Shown here piece after piece: positions 50,076-60,865 of a stretch of DNA of 64,000 nt. Position numbers and translations under genes: made by a program. The stretch comes from an uncultured Acidobacteriota bacterium (GTDB lineage: Bacteria; Acidobacteriota; UBA6911): the NCBI GenBank assembly GCA_963827655.1, contig CAWHCF010000023.1, positions 352,001 to 416,000 of the forward strand, in the 5' to 3' direction. The notes under the pieces were generated by a model. It saw nothing but the letters and a program-made list of their open reading frames with translations. It ran no database searches and was not told the DNA's origin. The stretch's first letter is position 1; every line of letters begins with the position of its first letter.

Positions 50076-52160
50076 ATGGCGAAGAAACCACAGATCGATA
50101 CCGATCTCTCGTATTCGAACATCCCTTATGGGCGGGCGCTCATTCACTCATCCCAATTCAAGATGAGCACCCCCTTCGAACCCCAGGGGGACCAGGCGGA
50201 AGCCATCGAGCAGCTGGTGCGGGGTCTCGGGGACGGAGAAAACCATCAGGTTCTGCTCGGAGTCACCGGTTCCGGCAAAACCTTCACGATGGCGAAGGTG
50301 GTCGAGGCCGTCCAGCGGCCTACCCTGGTCCTGGCGCATAACAAGACGCTGGCTGCGCAGCTCTACCGGGAGTTCAGGGGCTTTTTCCCGAACAACGCAG
50401 TCGAATACTTTGTGTCGTACTACGACTACTACCAGCCGGAAGCCTACATTCCCTCGACCGATACCTACATCGAAAAGGACGCGCTCATCAATGACGAGAT
50501 CGATCGCTTGCGCCACTCCGCGACCCGCTCTCTTTTCGAACGGCGAGATTGCATCATCGTCGCCAGTGTCTCGTGCATTTACGGTCTCGGCTCTCCTGAA
50601 GCCTATTACGGGATGCTGCTCTTCCTGGAAAAAGGACAGCAGATCAAGCGGGACGAAATCCTGCGCCGGCTGGTCGAGATGCAGTTCTCACGCCAGGACT
50701 ACGGCCTGGAGCGCGGGTTTTTCCGCGCCCGGGGAGATGTGATCGAGGTTTTCCCGACCTACGAGGACTATGCGATTCGCATCGAGATGTTCGGCGACGA
50801 AATCGACAGCATCGCCCAGATCGATCCCGTCACGGGCCGCACCCTCAAGGAACACGCGCGGATGCCGATCTATCCCAAGTCGCACTACGTTCAGCCACCC
50901 GACCAGATGTCGCGGGCGATTGAAAGCATAAAGGCGGAGCTTGCGCAGTGGCGCACTCTGCTGGAAAAAGACGGGAAGCTCCTCGAAGCGCATCGGCTGC
51001 ACCAGCGCACGATGTTCGATCTGGAAATGATGAAGGAAATCGGGTTTTGCCGGGGGATCGAGAACTATTCGCGTCACCTCACAGGTCGCCAGCCCGGAGA
51101 GCCTCCCCCGACCCTGCTGGACTACATGCCCCATGACTCGATGCTGTTCATCGACGAGAGCCATGCCACAATTCCGCAGGTGCGCGGGATGTATTTCGGC
51201 GACCGCTCGCGCAAGGAAAACCTGGTGAAGTACGGTTTCCGGCTTCCGTCGGCGCTGGACAATCGCCCGCTGAACTTCCTTGAATTCGAACACCGGGTCA
51301 ACCAGGTCATCTACGTCTCGGCTACTCCTGGCCCCTACGAGCTCACCCGATCGGGCGGTGTTGTCGTTGAACAGATCGTGCGTCCCACCGGCCTGATCGA
51401 CCCCCAGGTGGAAATCCGCCCCGTAGCGGGCCAAGTGGACAGCCTGATGGAGGAGATCCGCGCCCGGGCCGAACGCAATGAGAGGGTGCTGGTTACCACG
51501 CTCACCAAGCGAATGGCTGAGGACCTGGCGGAGTATTACACGGAGCTCGGCCTCCGCGTCCGATACTTGCATTCGGAAGTTGAGACTCTGGAGCGCATCA
51601 AGATCTTAAGAGCCTTGAGGGCCGGGGAGTTTGACGCGCTCATCGGCATCAACCTGTTGCGCGAAGGGCTGGATCTGCCCGAAGTTTCGCTGGTTGCCAT
51701 CCTCGATGCCGACAAGGAAGGTTTTCTGCGATCTACCACGTCCCTGATCCAGACGGTCGGTCGAGCGGCGCGCCACATCAACGGCCGGGCCATTCTGTTT
51801 GCCGACACCATCACGGGCTCTATGCAGTCGGCCATTGACGAAACCAATCGCCGCCGCTCCGCGCAGCAGCGCTACAACGAAGAAAAAGGGATCATCCCGC
51901 AGTCCATCGTAAAACCCCTCGATCCCGACCATATTCGAATCTACGAAGGGGATTACTACGAAATACCGGCGGTGGCGGAAGAGGCCGTGCACTATTCTTC
52001 GGTCGAAGACCTGGAAAGAGAAATTCAGCGCTTGGAGGCGGCCATGCGCGCAGCAGCGAAGGAGTTCGAGTTCGAGCGCGCGGCCTCTCTTCGCGACCAG
52101 ATGAAGAAGCTCAAAAAGCTGGAACTGGAGCTCTCGGAAAATCCCGGGCCTTCGTCATGA
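50076..52160 (+). CDS. uvrB: Excinuclease ABC subunit B
   Basis: [19 protein letters not shown]-terminal UVR domain. Confidence 0.98.
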   Translation: MAKKPQIDTDLSYSNIPYGRALIHSSQFKMSTPFEPQGDQAEAIEQLVRGLGDGENHQVLLGVTGSGKTFTMAKVVEAVQRPTLVLAHNKTLAAQLYREFRGFFPNNAVEYFVSYYDYYQPEAYIPSTDTYIEKDALINDEIDRLRHSATRSLFERRDCIIVASVSCIYGLGSPEAYYGMLLFLEKGQQIKRDEILRRLVEMQFSRQDYGLERGFFRARGDVIEVFPTYEDYAIRIEMFGDEIDSIAQIDPVTGRTLKEHARMPIYPKSHYVQPPDQMSRAIESIKAELAQWRTLLEKDGKLLEAHRLHQRTMFDLEMMKEIGFCRGIENYSRHLTGRQPGEPPPTLLDYMPHDSMLFIDESHATIPQVRGMYFGDRSRKENLVKYGFRLPSALDNRPLNFLEFEHRVNQVIYVSATPGPYELTRSGGVVVEQIVRPTGLIDPQVEIRPVAGQVDSLMEEIRARAERNERVLVTTLTKRMAEDLAEYYTELGLRVRYLHSEVETLERIKILRALRAGEFDALIGINLLREGLDLPEVSLVAILDADKEGFLRSTTSLIQTVGRAARHINGRAILFADTITGSMQSAIDETNRRRSAQQRYNEEKGIIPQSIVKPLDPDHIRIYEGDYYEIPAVAEEAVHYSSVEDLEREIQRLEAAMRAAAKEFEFERAASLRDQMKKLKKLELELSENPGPSS

Positions 52161-53464
52161 TCCAGTCAGTGCGCCCTGCGACTCGACTCGCCGGTACCGT
52201 GAGTCTTCCGGGAGACAAGTCGATCTCTCACCGTTACGCGCTCCTGGCCGCCATCGCCCAGGGGACTTCCGAGTTGCGGCACTTCGCATCTAGCCAGGAT
52301 TGCCGCAGCACGCTGGACTGCCTGCGCGGCCTCGGGGTTTCGGTGTTTGAACAGGGTGAGACCGTCATCATCGAAGGCCGCGGTCTGCGCGGTCTGACTC
52401 CCCCGGAGCGGATACTCGATGCGCGAAACTCGGGCACTACCATCCGCCTTTTGTCCGGAATTCTGGCCGGGCAGCCCTTCGAGGCGTCGATCACCGGAGA
52501 CGAATCTCTCAGCCGCCGACCCATGGGAAGGATTTTGCATCCGCTGAGACTCATGGGCGCATCCGTGGAGTGCCGCGACGGAGAACTTCCTCCCGTGAAA
52601 ATCCACGGGGGAAGATTGAAGGGCGTGCGGTACTCGCTTCCGGTTGCGAGCGCGCAGGTGAAATCGTGCATTCTCCTGGCCGGACTGTACGCGGATAGTT
52701 CATCCCAGGTGGAGGAGAAGATCCCCACGCGAGACCACACGGAGATCGCGCTGAGGCTCTTCGGCGCCAGAATTCACCGCAGCGCGGATTGGATCGGGGT
52801 GGAACCCGACCCCGTCCTGCACGCCCAGAGTCTCGATATTCCCGGAGACCTTTCAGGCGCCGCGTTCTTCCTCATAGCGGCAGCGTTGGTGCCGGATTCG
52901 ACGATTCGCCTCGACGGCGTAGGATTGAACCGCACGCGGCGTGAGTTGCTGGACTATCTTCAAGCGGCGGGCCTCGACATCGCCGTCGAAAACGAACGCG
53001 AGGATGCCGGGGAACGGCGCGGAGATCTGCAGGTTCGTCATAGTCCCGCGCTCCTGCGGTCGGCCCTGCCGCCGATCCATGGTCGACTCGTGCCCGCCCT
53101 CATCGACGAAATCCCGATCCTGGCAATACTCGGCTCTCAGGTGGCGGGAGGTCTCGAAATCTCGGACGCGCAGGAGCTGCGCCTCAAAGAGAGCGACCGC
53201 ATCGCCGCTCTCGCCGCAAACCTGCATGCCATGGGCGCCGAGGTGCAAGAAAAACCGGATGGGCTGCGGATCTCGGGCAGACAGCGCCTGTCCGGAGCCG
53301 ATATCGCGACCCGCGGGGATCATCGCATTGCGATGGCTTTCGCCGTGGCCGCACTTGGGGCGCAGGGCGAAACCCGCATTCACCAGGCCGAGTGCGCGGA
53401 CGTCAGCTTCCCCGGGTTTTACGAAGCTCTACAAGCAGCGCAAGAAACTGGTTCACGAGCGTGA
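52157..53464 (+). CDS. aroA: EPSP synthase
   Basis: [27 protein letters not shown]. Confidence 0.97.
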   Translation: MIQSVRPATRLAGTVSLPGDKSISHRYALLAAIAQGTSELRHFASSQDCRSTLDCLRGLGVSVFEQGETVIIEGRGLRGLTPPERILDARNSGTTIRLLSGILAGQPFEASITGDESLSRRPMGRILHPLRLMGASVECRDGELPPVKIHGGRLKGVRYSLPVASAQVKSCILLAGLYADSSSQVEEKIPTRDHTEIALRLFGARIHRSADWIGVEPDPVLHAQSLDIPGDLSGAAFFLIAAALVPDSTIRLDGVGLNRTRRELLDYLQAAGLDIAVENEREDAGERRGDLQVRHSPALLRSALPPIHGRLVPALIDEIPILAILGSQVAGGLEISDAQELRLKESDRIAALAANLHAMGAEVQEKPDGLRISGRQRLSGADIATRGDHRIAMAFAVAALGAQGETRIHQAECADVSFPGFYEALQAAQETGSRA

Positions 53465-53964
53465 TTGTCTACCTGGTAGGATTCATGGGAGCCGGCAAGA
53501 CGACCGTTGGGGGGCGTCTGGCCGAATTGCTGGGATGGAGCTTCGTGGACCTGGACGACCGGATCGAGCGGCGCGAAGGGGAAGCCATCAGGGACCTGTT
53601 CCGCCGCAAGGGCGAACCGTATTTCCGGCGGGTTGAACGGGACGAGCTGAAGCGGGCCAGCACCGAAACCAGGACCGTGGTAGCCCTTGGCGGCGGCGCG
53701 TTTTGCAGCCCGGAAAACCAGCAGATCGTCCATGGCACAGGCGCGAGCATCTGGCTGGACGCTCCTTTGGATCTGCTGTTTGCCCGCTGCGGTGACGACC
53801 GGACCCGGCCGCTATTTACCACACGCGACGAGATGCAACAGCTCCTCGATCAACGGCGGCCGTTTTATGCGCAGGCCGGGCTGCATATCGAGGTGGCCGG
53901 CCTCACGGTTGACGAGATCAGCCACCTGATTCTGGCCGCCCCCTTCTTTCAGCGAAAACCGTAA
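53461..53964 (+). CDS. aroK: Shikimate kinase
   Basis: GFMGAGKTT, DLD, GGG, RPL. Confidence 0.95.
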   Translation: MIVYLVGFMGAGKTTVGGRLAELLGWSFVDLDDRIERREGEAIRDLFRRKGEPYFRRVERDELKRASTETRTVVALGGGAFCSPENQQIVHGTGASIWLDAPLDLLFARCGDDRTRPLFTTRDEMQQLLDQRRPFYAQAGLHIEVAGLTVDEISHLILAAPFFQRKP

Positions 53965-53968
53965 CCAC

Positions 53969-54208
53969 TTAGCGGTTCGTCGCAGAAGTAAGTTCGCATT
54001 CTGCTGCAGGCCCCCAGGCCCGCTGGCGAGGCGCGAGCGACGATGCGTACCCGGTGCGGTACGTGAGGAGCGAGCAACAAAGCCAGCGGGCCTGCAGGCC
54101 GCAGCCCGAAGGGGCGCGATCCTCAGGGTGCGTAGCTGAGGAAACCGCTCATGATTTGACTACCGACTCTCGCGCCAGAATGTGAAGTTATCTTTACGGA
54201 GCCGTTAG
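53969..54208. mobile_element. MITE-like element with imperfect TIRs and TTAG direct flanks
   Basis: TTAG at 53969 and 54205; CGGTTC..TAAGTTCGCATTCTG pairs with CAGAATGTGAAGTTA..GAGCCG; internal IRs; no ORF. Confidence 0.65.
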
Positions 54209-54216
54209 CGTTTCCG

Positions 54217-54283
54217 CTAGTGTCTTCGAGGTTGGCTTTTGTTCCACCTCACGAACCACGAAGACTCGAAGAAACGCGAAGCG
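54217..54283. repeat. CCACGAAGAC-family inverted pair
   Basis: ctagtgtcttcgaggtt ... aaccacgaagactcgaagaaacgcgaag. Confidence 0.8.
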
Positions 54284-54538
54284 TCACAAGCGGGGACGTT
54301 GGAATTGACTCCGTTAGACTTTACGCATCATCGGCACCGGCAATTCGGGGCTGAAGGCGGAGAATTCCTGTCTCAGAGACCTGCGTCAGGGTAAAATGGC
54401 CCCCGCTGGGAGCTCGCAGGGCGCTGGAAGTCGACACAAACCTCAACTACGAAATTGGAAACGCCCTTATAGCGGGACAACAAAACAAAACGCGACTGGT
54501 TTCTCCCCTCATGCAGGTGACGTTTCTCTTGAACTCTC

Positions 54539-55840
54539 TTGATGAGCTACGCGCCGGATGCCGGTGGAATCGAGATAGGAGCGTGTCCTTTGGATAGGCG
54601 AAGTTTCTTGATGGCGGCCGCAGGGGGCGCCCTGGGCCTGTTACCTTTCCACCGGCTTTCAGCGAAGCAGAAAGGAAAGGTCCGGATCACCAACGTCAAA
54701 TGCATGATCGTGCGCGGGACCTGGGACTGGAACCTCATCAAGGTCGAAACCGACTCCGGCCTCTATGGGCTCGGCGAAGCCTACTGGGGCTGGGGTGTGA
54801 AGGACCTGGTCGTCAACAAGCTGTGCCCCATCGTGGTGGGCGAGGATCCGCTCAACGTGGACAAGCTCTACACGAAGATGCTGATGGAGAGCGCGGGAGC
54901 GGGCGCAATCGCGGGCGTCACCGTGACGGCCGCGAGTGGCATCGAGATCGCGCTTTGGGATCTCGCGGGGCGCATCCTCGAGACGCCGGCGTGCAACCTG
55001 CTGGGGGGAAGGTTTCGCGACCGCATCCGGTTCTACCGAACCATGCCCGCGGTCGACCGGCCGGAGGACCCGCAGGCGTGGCGCGCCCAAGTGCGCGAAG
55101 CCAAGGCAGAAAAATTCGGCTGGACCGCCTTCAAGTTCCAGGGAGACGGGATCCCTCCGAAGGCCGATCCGGAGTACAAAGAGCCGGGGCACGACCGCTA
55201 CACGCGCGGGCTGACACTCCGGGACCTGCGGCGCATCGCGCGAGCCATGGAGATCGTCCGCGAGGAGCTCGGGCCGGATGTCGACTTCGGGGTGGAGGCG
55301 CACTGGAAGTACGACGTGCGCGACGCGATCCAGATGGCCAAGGCTATCGAGCCCTCCAAGCCGATGTGGTTGGAAGATCCGGTCCCACCCGGGAATCCGG
55401 ATGCCATGGCGCGAGTAACGCACGCGGTCGACATCCCGATCTGCACGGGGGAAAACCTGTACACACGCGACGGATTCCGCCGCCTGATCGAGATCCAGGG
55501 GTGCGACGTCGTTCACATCGACATCCCGAAGTCGGGAGGGCTGCTCGAATCGAAGCGGATTCACGATCTGGCCGAGAACCATTACATCTGGACCGCGGCG
55601 CACAACCCGGCAAGCCCCGTCGGCACCATTGCATCGTGTCACGCCGCCGCCTCGATGCGCGACTTCCGCATCCACGAGCTCGCGAGGTACGTGGACTGGT
55701 GGCAGGACCTCGTGATCCGCGAGGGCCCGTTTTTCCAGAACGGGTATTTCACCATTGCCGACAAGCCCGGCTACGGGATCGAGCTCAATCCCGACGTGGC
55801 CAAAGCGCACCTGGCACCGGGCGAGACCTGGTGGGGGTGA
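54539..55840 (+). CDS. Mandelate racemase/enolase superfamily protein with Tat-like signal
   Basis: SGIEIALWDL, WLEDP, TGENL, AHN, PGYGIELN; N-terminal DRRSFL. Confidence 0.9.
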   Translation: MMSYAPDAGGIEIGACPLDRRSFLMAAAGGALGLLPFHRLSAKQKGKVRITNVKCMIVRGTWDWNLIKVETDSGLYGLGEAYWGWGVKDLVVNKLCPIVVGEDPLNVDKLYTKMLMESAGAGAIAGVTVTAASGIEIALWDLAGRILETPACNLLGGRFRDRIRFYRTMPAVDRPEDPQAWRAQVREAKAEKFGWTAFKFQGDGIPPKADPEYKEPGHDRYTRGLTLRDLRRIARAMEIVREELGPDVDFGVEAHWKYDVRDAIQMAKAIEPSKPMWLEDPVPPGNPDAMARVTHAVDIPICTGENLYTRDGFRRLIEIQGCDVVHIDIPKSGGLLESKRIHDLAENHYIWTAAHNPASPVGTIASCHAAASMRDFRIHELARYVDWWQDLVIREGPFFQNGYFTIADKPGYGIELNPDVAKAHLAPGETWWG

Positions 55841-56053
55841 CGCAGTGATTGAGCATCGCATTTCAGTCTCGAAGAGAGACGTTGCTCCTCAGAGAAGTCA
55901 GATGTCAGGTTAAGGGATTGCACTGGGCGTACGTTTGTTGATCTCAACGACGAGCGGAGGGCAGAGAGCTGATCAGAATCACCAAAGAATCAGGACCTGG
56001 CCTGCGGCTCTCGGCTGACCTGTTTGAAAATTGATCCAACTGCGAGGTGTGAA

Positions 56054-56488
56054 ATGTCAGAAAGCAACAAGAAGCTGGTGCGACGCTGGTTTGAAGAGGT
56101 TTGGAACAAGGGGCGCGCCGAAGCCATCGACGAAATGTTTAGCGACGACGGCATTGCCCACGGCCTCTCCGATGACCCGGAAAAGCCTTTGCGTGGTCCC
56201 GCTAATTTCCGAACCTTTCACGCGCAATTTCGGGAAGCCTTTCCCAACATCACAGTGACTGTAGAAGACGCTATTGCCGAAAACGACAAGGTTGCTGCCC
56301 GCTGTTTGGTGCGTGGCCGGCACGCCGGCGACAGTCTGGGATTCGCTGCGACTCAGTCGCCAGTGGAGTTTACGGGAATGTTGATCATGCGCGTTGAAAA
56401 TGGCAAGATCGTCGAAGCCTGGAATAACTTCGACTTCATGAAAATGTACAAGCAGCTCGGTGCCCTTAAGTTTGGCCCCGCGACCTAG
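56054..56488 (+). CDS. SnoaL-like ester cyclase family protein
   Basis: NKKLVRRWFEEVWNKG, AFP, GKIVEAW. Confidence 0.9.
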   Translation: MSESNKKLVRRWFEEVWNKGRAEAIDEMFSDDGIAHGLSDDPEKPLRGPANFRTFHAQFREAFPNITVTVEDAIAENDKVAARCLVRGRHAGDSLGFAATQSPVEFTGMLIMRVENGKIVEAWNNFDFMKMYKQLGALKFGPAT

Positions 56489-56496
56489 AGCTGCAT

Positions 56497-57114
56497 TTAC
56501 CGCGGCGGCCGGGCGGCGCGCTCCTGTCTGCGCAGCGCTTTCTCCAGCAACTCCTTCAAGCGCCCCCGAGCGCGGAAAACCTTGAGTCGGGCCGCCTGCT
56601 CCGTGCATTTCAGTACCCGCGCGATCCGCTCGTACGGAACGTCTTCGAGGTCCCGCAGCACGATCGCCATCCTTTGCTGTTCCGTGAGCTGGTTCAGCAT
56701 CTTGTGCAAGAGGGCGTGCAGTTCCTTCTGCTCATCGGGAGACGCAGGGGCTATTTCGCTTTGGTTAATCAGCTTTTCTATGCTCTCCGACTCCTCGAGG
56801 CTCAGCTCGGTGAAAGTCCGGGTCTTGCGTCGCCGGGCGCGGCGCAGCTCGTCGTAGCACTGGTTAACCGCGATCCGATAGAGCCACGGGAAAAAAGGTC
56901 GATCGAGGTCGAACTTCGGAAGCGAGAAGTAGACCTTGGCGAAGATCTTTTGGGCTATGTCCTCGACGTCGTTGGGACGGCCGGTACTGTGGTAGATCAG
57001 GTTGAAGACGGTCTGCTGATACTTCCGAACCAGCTCTTCGAAAGCCCGCTCGTCGCCAGCCCGGACACGACGCACAAGATCGCGGTCGTCTTCGGCGTAC
57101 GCTTCTCTCCCCAC
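56497..57114 (-). CDS. ECF sigma factor with no adjacent anti-sigma
   Basis: AFEELV, WLYRIAVN, VFRARGRL. Confidence 0.92.
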   Translation of the reverse strand: MGREAYAEDDRDLVRRVRAGDERAFEELVRKYQQTVFNLIYHSTGRPNDVEDIAQKIFAKVYFSLPKFDLDRPFFPWLYRIAVNQCYDELRRARRRKTRTFTELSLEESESIEKLINQSEIAPASPDEQKELHALLHKMLNQLTEQQRMAIVLRDLEDVPYERIARVLKCTEQAARLKVFRARGRLKELLEKALRRQERAARPPR

Positions 57115-57125
57115 GAGTGGGAATC

Positions 57126-58310
57126 CTATCGGCTGTGGGTCAGTCTCTGCTGGGAGATTTTCCGCAAACGTTCCGAGGCAGCCTGCAGTGTCTCGTCTTT
57201 CTTACAGAAGCAAAACCGAATATAGCGGGAGCCGCCGGAAGGATCGTGAAAAAAGCTGCTTCCAGGAACCACCGCGACACCCACATCCTTGACCAGATAC
57301 CGTGTGAATTCCAGATCGTTATCGGCGCCGAGCGGCGAGATGTCGGCCATTATGTAATAGGCTCCCCTGGGCGTGAAACATTCGAACCCGGCCGCATGCA
57401 AGCCCTCCACCAGCAGGTCGCGCCGCCTCTGATAAGCTCGCGCCAGCTCCGAGTAGTAGCCCGGAGGAAGCGCCAACGCCCGCGCGCCGGCCTCTTGCAT
57501 CGGGGCGGCGGCGCCGACGGTCAGGAAATCGTGGACTTTTCGAATCGCCTCGGTCAAGTGAGGCGGCCCGATGGCATATCCTACGCGCCATCCCGTGACG
57601 CTGTAGGTCTTGCTCAGGCCGTTGATCGTGATCGTCCGCTCCCGCATGCCGTCGAGCGTTGCTATAGCGCAGTGCGCCCAGCCGTCGTACAGGATATGCT
57701 CGTAGATCTCGTCGGTCACCGCGATCGCATTCCACTTGATGCAAAGGGCGGCGATAAACTCCAGTTCCTGACGGCTGAAAACCTTCCCGGTCGGGTTGTT
57801 GGGAGTGTTGATGATGATGGCTTTGGTCTTCTCGTTGAAGGCGGCTTCCAACTCCGCCGGGTCAAAGCTCCACTCCGGCGATCGCAGCGTAACATACCGC
57901 GGAATCGCGCCCGAAAGGATGGTGTCAGGACCATAGTTCTCATAGAACGGTTCGAAGATTACGACTTCATCTCCCGGATTGATGATAGCCAGGAGGGAGG
58001 CGATCATGGCTTCGGTAGAACCGCACGTAACCGTGATTTCCCTCTCGGGATCGATTTCGATGCCGAGATACGACCTGGTCTTGAGCGCGATGGCGTTTCG
58101 GAAGGACTTCGCGCCCCAGGTGATCGCATACTGGTTAATGTCATCCATTATGGCCCTGCAGGCCGCTTCTTTGATTTCCAGCGGGGCGGGAAAATCGGGA
58201 AATCCCTGGGCGAGGTTCACGGCTCCGTGGAGCTGAGCCAGGCGTGTCATCTCTCTTATTACTGATTCGCTGAAACGGTCCGCCTTCTCGGAAGTAATCT
58301 TCTTAGCCAT
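57126..58310 (-). CDS. PLP-dependent aminotransferase class I/II
   Basis: NLAQGFPD, NTPNNPTG, DEIY, SKTYSVTGWRVG. Confidence 0.95.
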   Translation of the reverse strand: MAKKITSEKADRFSESVIREMTRLAQLHGAVNLAQGFPDFPAPLEIKEAACRAIMDDINQYAITWGAKSFRNAIALKTRSYLGIEIDPEREITVTCGSTEAMIASLLAIINPGDEVVIFEPFYENYGPDTILSGAIPRYVTLRSPEWSFDPAELEAAFNEKTKAIIINTPNNPTGKVFSRQELEFIAALCIKWNAIAVTDEIYEHILYDGWAHCAIATLDGMRERTITINGLSKTYSVTGWRVGYAIGPPHLTEAIRKVHDFLTVGAAAPMQEAGARALALPPGYYSELARAYQRRRDLLVEGLHAAGFECFTPRGAYYIMADISPLGADNDLEFTRYLVKDVGVAVVPGSSFFHDPSGGSRYIRFCFCKKDETLQAASERLRKISQQRLTHSR

Positions 58311-58374
58311 ACAGATCAACCATGGAGGGCAAAGATGCAAAGAAACGCTTCCTCAATCTTTCTCATCTCTCTGC

Positions 58375-60591
58375 TCAGGGATTATTGCGGGCTGCGGCAC
58401 TCAAAACACGATAGTGGGACTTGCCGGTCAGCACCTGTTTCACATAACCGCGGGTTTCACTGAAGGGAATCCGCTCGACAAATTCCACCATGTCGACGTT
58501 TCCCAGTTCTTGCAGCCAGCGATCCACTCGGTTTTCACCGGCGTTGTAGGCTGCCAGGGCCAGTTCCTCCCGGTGTCCAAACTGCCGCAGAAGCGCGGCC
58601 AGGTGGCGCGTGCCCAGAACGATGTTCGTCTCCGGCCGGAACAGCTTCGGCGTGCTGTACCGAGGGATCTTGGCTTCGCGAGCCAGCTGCCTTCCCGTCG
58701 TTGGAAGAACCTGCATTAAACCCCGCGCGTTAGCAGGAGAGCGCGCCTCTTCCTTGAAGGCCGATTCCTGCCGGATAACCCCCAGAATCAGGGCGGGATC
58801 CAGACCGTTCTTTCTCGCCTGCGCAGAGATAACTTCCCAATGCCGGACCGGAAAGAATAGCCGCCACACTTCGTCAGGAAGCGCCTCGTGCGGTCGAACG
58901 TCATAATTAGGAAATGCTCTCCGGAGCGTGACAATGACGCTGTAAAAGTCCTGCTTGCTTTCGTGAATCCGCGACATGACAAAGCTCAGCGCCCTCTCCT
59001 CGGGAAACCGCCGCATGGCGCTGCGCAGCTCCGTCAGTGCCAGATCGGGCAAATCGGCTACCACCAGCTGGCGCGCGCGTTCGATGAGCCGGGTAACCGG
59101 CATCGGAGGTTCTTGAATAGAAGTTTCGGTCAGGCGCAGGCCATCGAGAGTACGGGACACCTGGTCGAAGCTGATCCCCTGGTAGTCCTGAGGGGCCGAA
59201 GGCTTCTGCTTTTTCAATCCGCTTTCGGCTTCGGCCGCTCGCTGGCCGTAGTAACTGTTGTTGGAGAGCGCCCGCGCCCGCCGGTACAAGTAAGCGGCGT
59301 GGCCGCGATCGCCCAGTCTTTCGTAACATCGCCCCATCCAGTAGATCGTAGCGCCGGCGGAGTCGGCCTCCGGATAAGTGAAGAGAGAGTTCCAGAAGGC
59401 GTGGAGCGCCTCCGCGTAACGGCCTTCGGTGTATGCGAAAAGCGCTATTTTCCAGCGAGCGCGCTCTGCATGCTCTCCTGTGGGGAATTTTCCGGCCATC
59501 GTCCGGTAGGCCTGGTCGGCCCGAGCCGGCTGATTCTTGACGTCGAAATAGGTTGCGACCGAGTGGAGAATTTTTTCGGTGAAAGAAGATTGGGGATATC
59601 GCTCGAGCGCCAGGTCCCTGATCGCGAGAAAGGAGGCCTCTTCCTGCAGCCTGCGATAAGCGAGCGCCTGAAAATACAAAGATTGCGCGTGAAGAGACCC
59701 ATTGTCGTCTTTGACACTCTGAAGATGCGAGAGCGCTGCCCTGGAATGGCCAAGATTGTGCTCGGTCTCTCCACGCAACAGATTCAACTTCTCGACGCTG
59801 GACCGATCGGGCGCCGGGACAGCGTTCAGCTTCAGCAACTGGGCGCGCGCTTCGGCGTTCTTGCCGGAACGGATGAGATTCTCAGCCCTACGCAGCAGAG
59901 GCTTGAAGTTCGCCGCGGGAGAAACGGCCTCGGGCGCAAGTGCCATAAGCCGCTCTAAGGCGAGGGCCGCGGTCTCGGAGGCAACGAAATCAGTGTAGAC
60001 TCGAAGGTACAGGTCGATCGCTCCCTGGCGCATCCCGGCATCTTCCTGCGCCCTCCCGCGGAAATAGAGGATCTCCGCACTCTGCTCCAGCCCGGGATTG
60101 TTCAGCACCGCCAACGCTGCCCGTGGATCATGCAGTTTGAGCCAGGCCTGGCATTCTCCGAGGATCGCCTCGTGGAGTTGCGATGATTGCGGGTGGTCTT
60201 TTTGCAGAAGTCGAAAATCCCTCAGCGCTTCTTCGTCTCGATCCAGAGCCAGGTTCGTTTTCGCCCGGTAAAGAAGAAAGAAGTCGGCCACGGCTGTGGC
60301 ATTGGCTGAGGCTGTGTCCGGAAAGGCTGCAAGGGCGGGCGCGTAGCGTTCATCAAGGTAATGATCTACCGCGCGTTTTAGAGCCTTCAGCGAATTCTCC
60401 ACCCGCGGTGGATATTTCGGGAGCAGTGTATCGAGCGCCGCCGGCAGAGAAGCGCCTTCACTGTGTGGATTTCCCGCCGGACCCAGGGGGGATGCAAGGA
60501 GCGAAGCGATTAGAAAAAGAACCGGTGCGGCTCGAATGAGATATCTTAGTGGCGTGCAGTTCGTGGTGGCTTCAGCTGGTCGACGGGGCAC
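58375..60591 (-). CDS. TPR-containing soluble lytic transglycosylase
   Basis: IRQESAF, ARGLMQ, AYNAG, ETRGYV. Confidence 0.92.
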   Translation of the reverse strand: MPRRPAEATTNCTPLRYLIRAAPVLFLIASLLASPLGPAGNPHSEGASLPAALDTLLPKYPPRVENSLKALKRAVDHYLDERYAPALAAFPDTASANATAVADFFLLYRAKTNLALDRDEEALRDFRLLQKDHPQSSQLHEAILGECQAWLKLHDPRAALAVLNNPGLEQSAEILYFRGRAQEDAGMRQGAIDLYLRVYTDFVASETAALALERLMALAPEAVSPAANFKPLLRRAENLIRSGKNAEARAQLLKLNAVPAPDRSSVEKLNLLRGETEHNLGHSRAALSHLQSVKDDNGSLHAQSLYFQALAYRRLQEEASFLAIRDLALERYPQSSFTEKILHSVATYFDVKNQPARADQAYRTMAGKFPTGEHAERARWKIALFAYTEGRYAEALHAFWNSLFTYPEADSAGATIYWMGRCYERLGDRGHAAYLYRRARALSNNSYYGQRAAEAESGLKKQKPSAPQDYQGISFDQVSRTLDGLRLTETSIQEPPMPVTRLIERARQLVVADLPDLALTELRSAMRRFPEERALSFVMSRIHESKQDFYSVIVTLRRAFPNYDVRPHEALPDEVWRLFFPVRHWEVISAQARKNGLDPALILGVIRQESAFKEEARSPANARGLMQVLPTTGRQLAREAKIPRYSTPKLFRPETNIVLGTRHLAALLRQFGHREELALAAYNAGENRVDRWLQELGNVDMVEFVERIPFSETRGYVKQVLTGKSHYRVLSAAARNNP

Positions 60592-60784
60592 TTCTCTCTA
60601 ACTTTCAGCGCGTGGTCCGGGACGGTCGCTTCCCGGTTTCGCGGAGTCATTCTCCCCGAGAATTCATTTCAAACGCTTCTCGACACCGATGGGGAGGCTG
60701 GCCTCTCGCACATTTCGCGGCTTCGGTCAAATATCTCGCTATAGAAAGGACCTGGCAAGATCGCCGGCACAGTTTTTCATTATA

Positions 60785-60824
60785 CTAACGACGAAGACAC
60801 GAAGACACTAAAGAAACGCGAAGC
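60785..60824 (+). repeat. CCACGAAGACAC-family repeat
   Basis: ctaacgacgaagacacgaagacactaaagaaacgcgaag. Confidence 0.8.
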
Positions 60825-60865
60825 ATGGCGGAACGTAGCGCGAAGCCAGGGCGAGTTCGAGAAGT

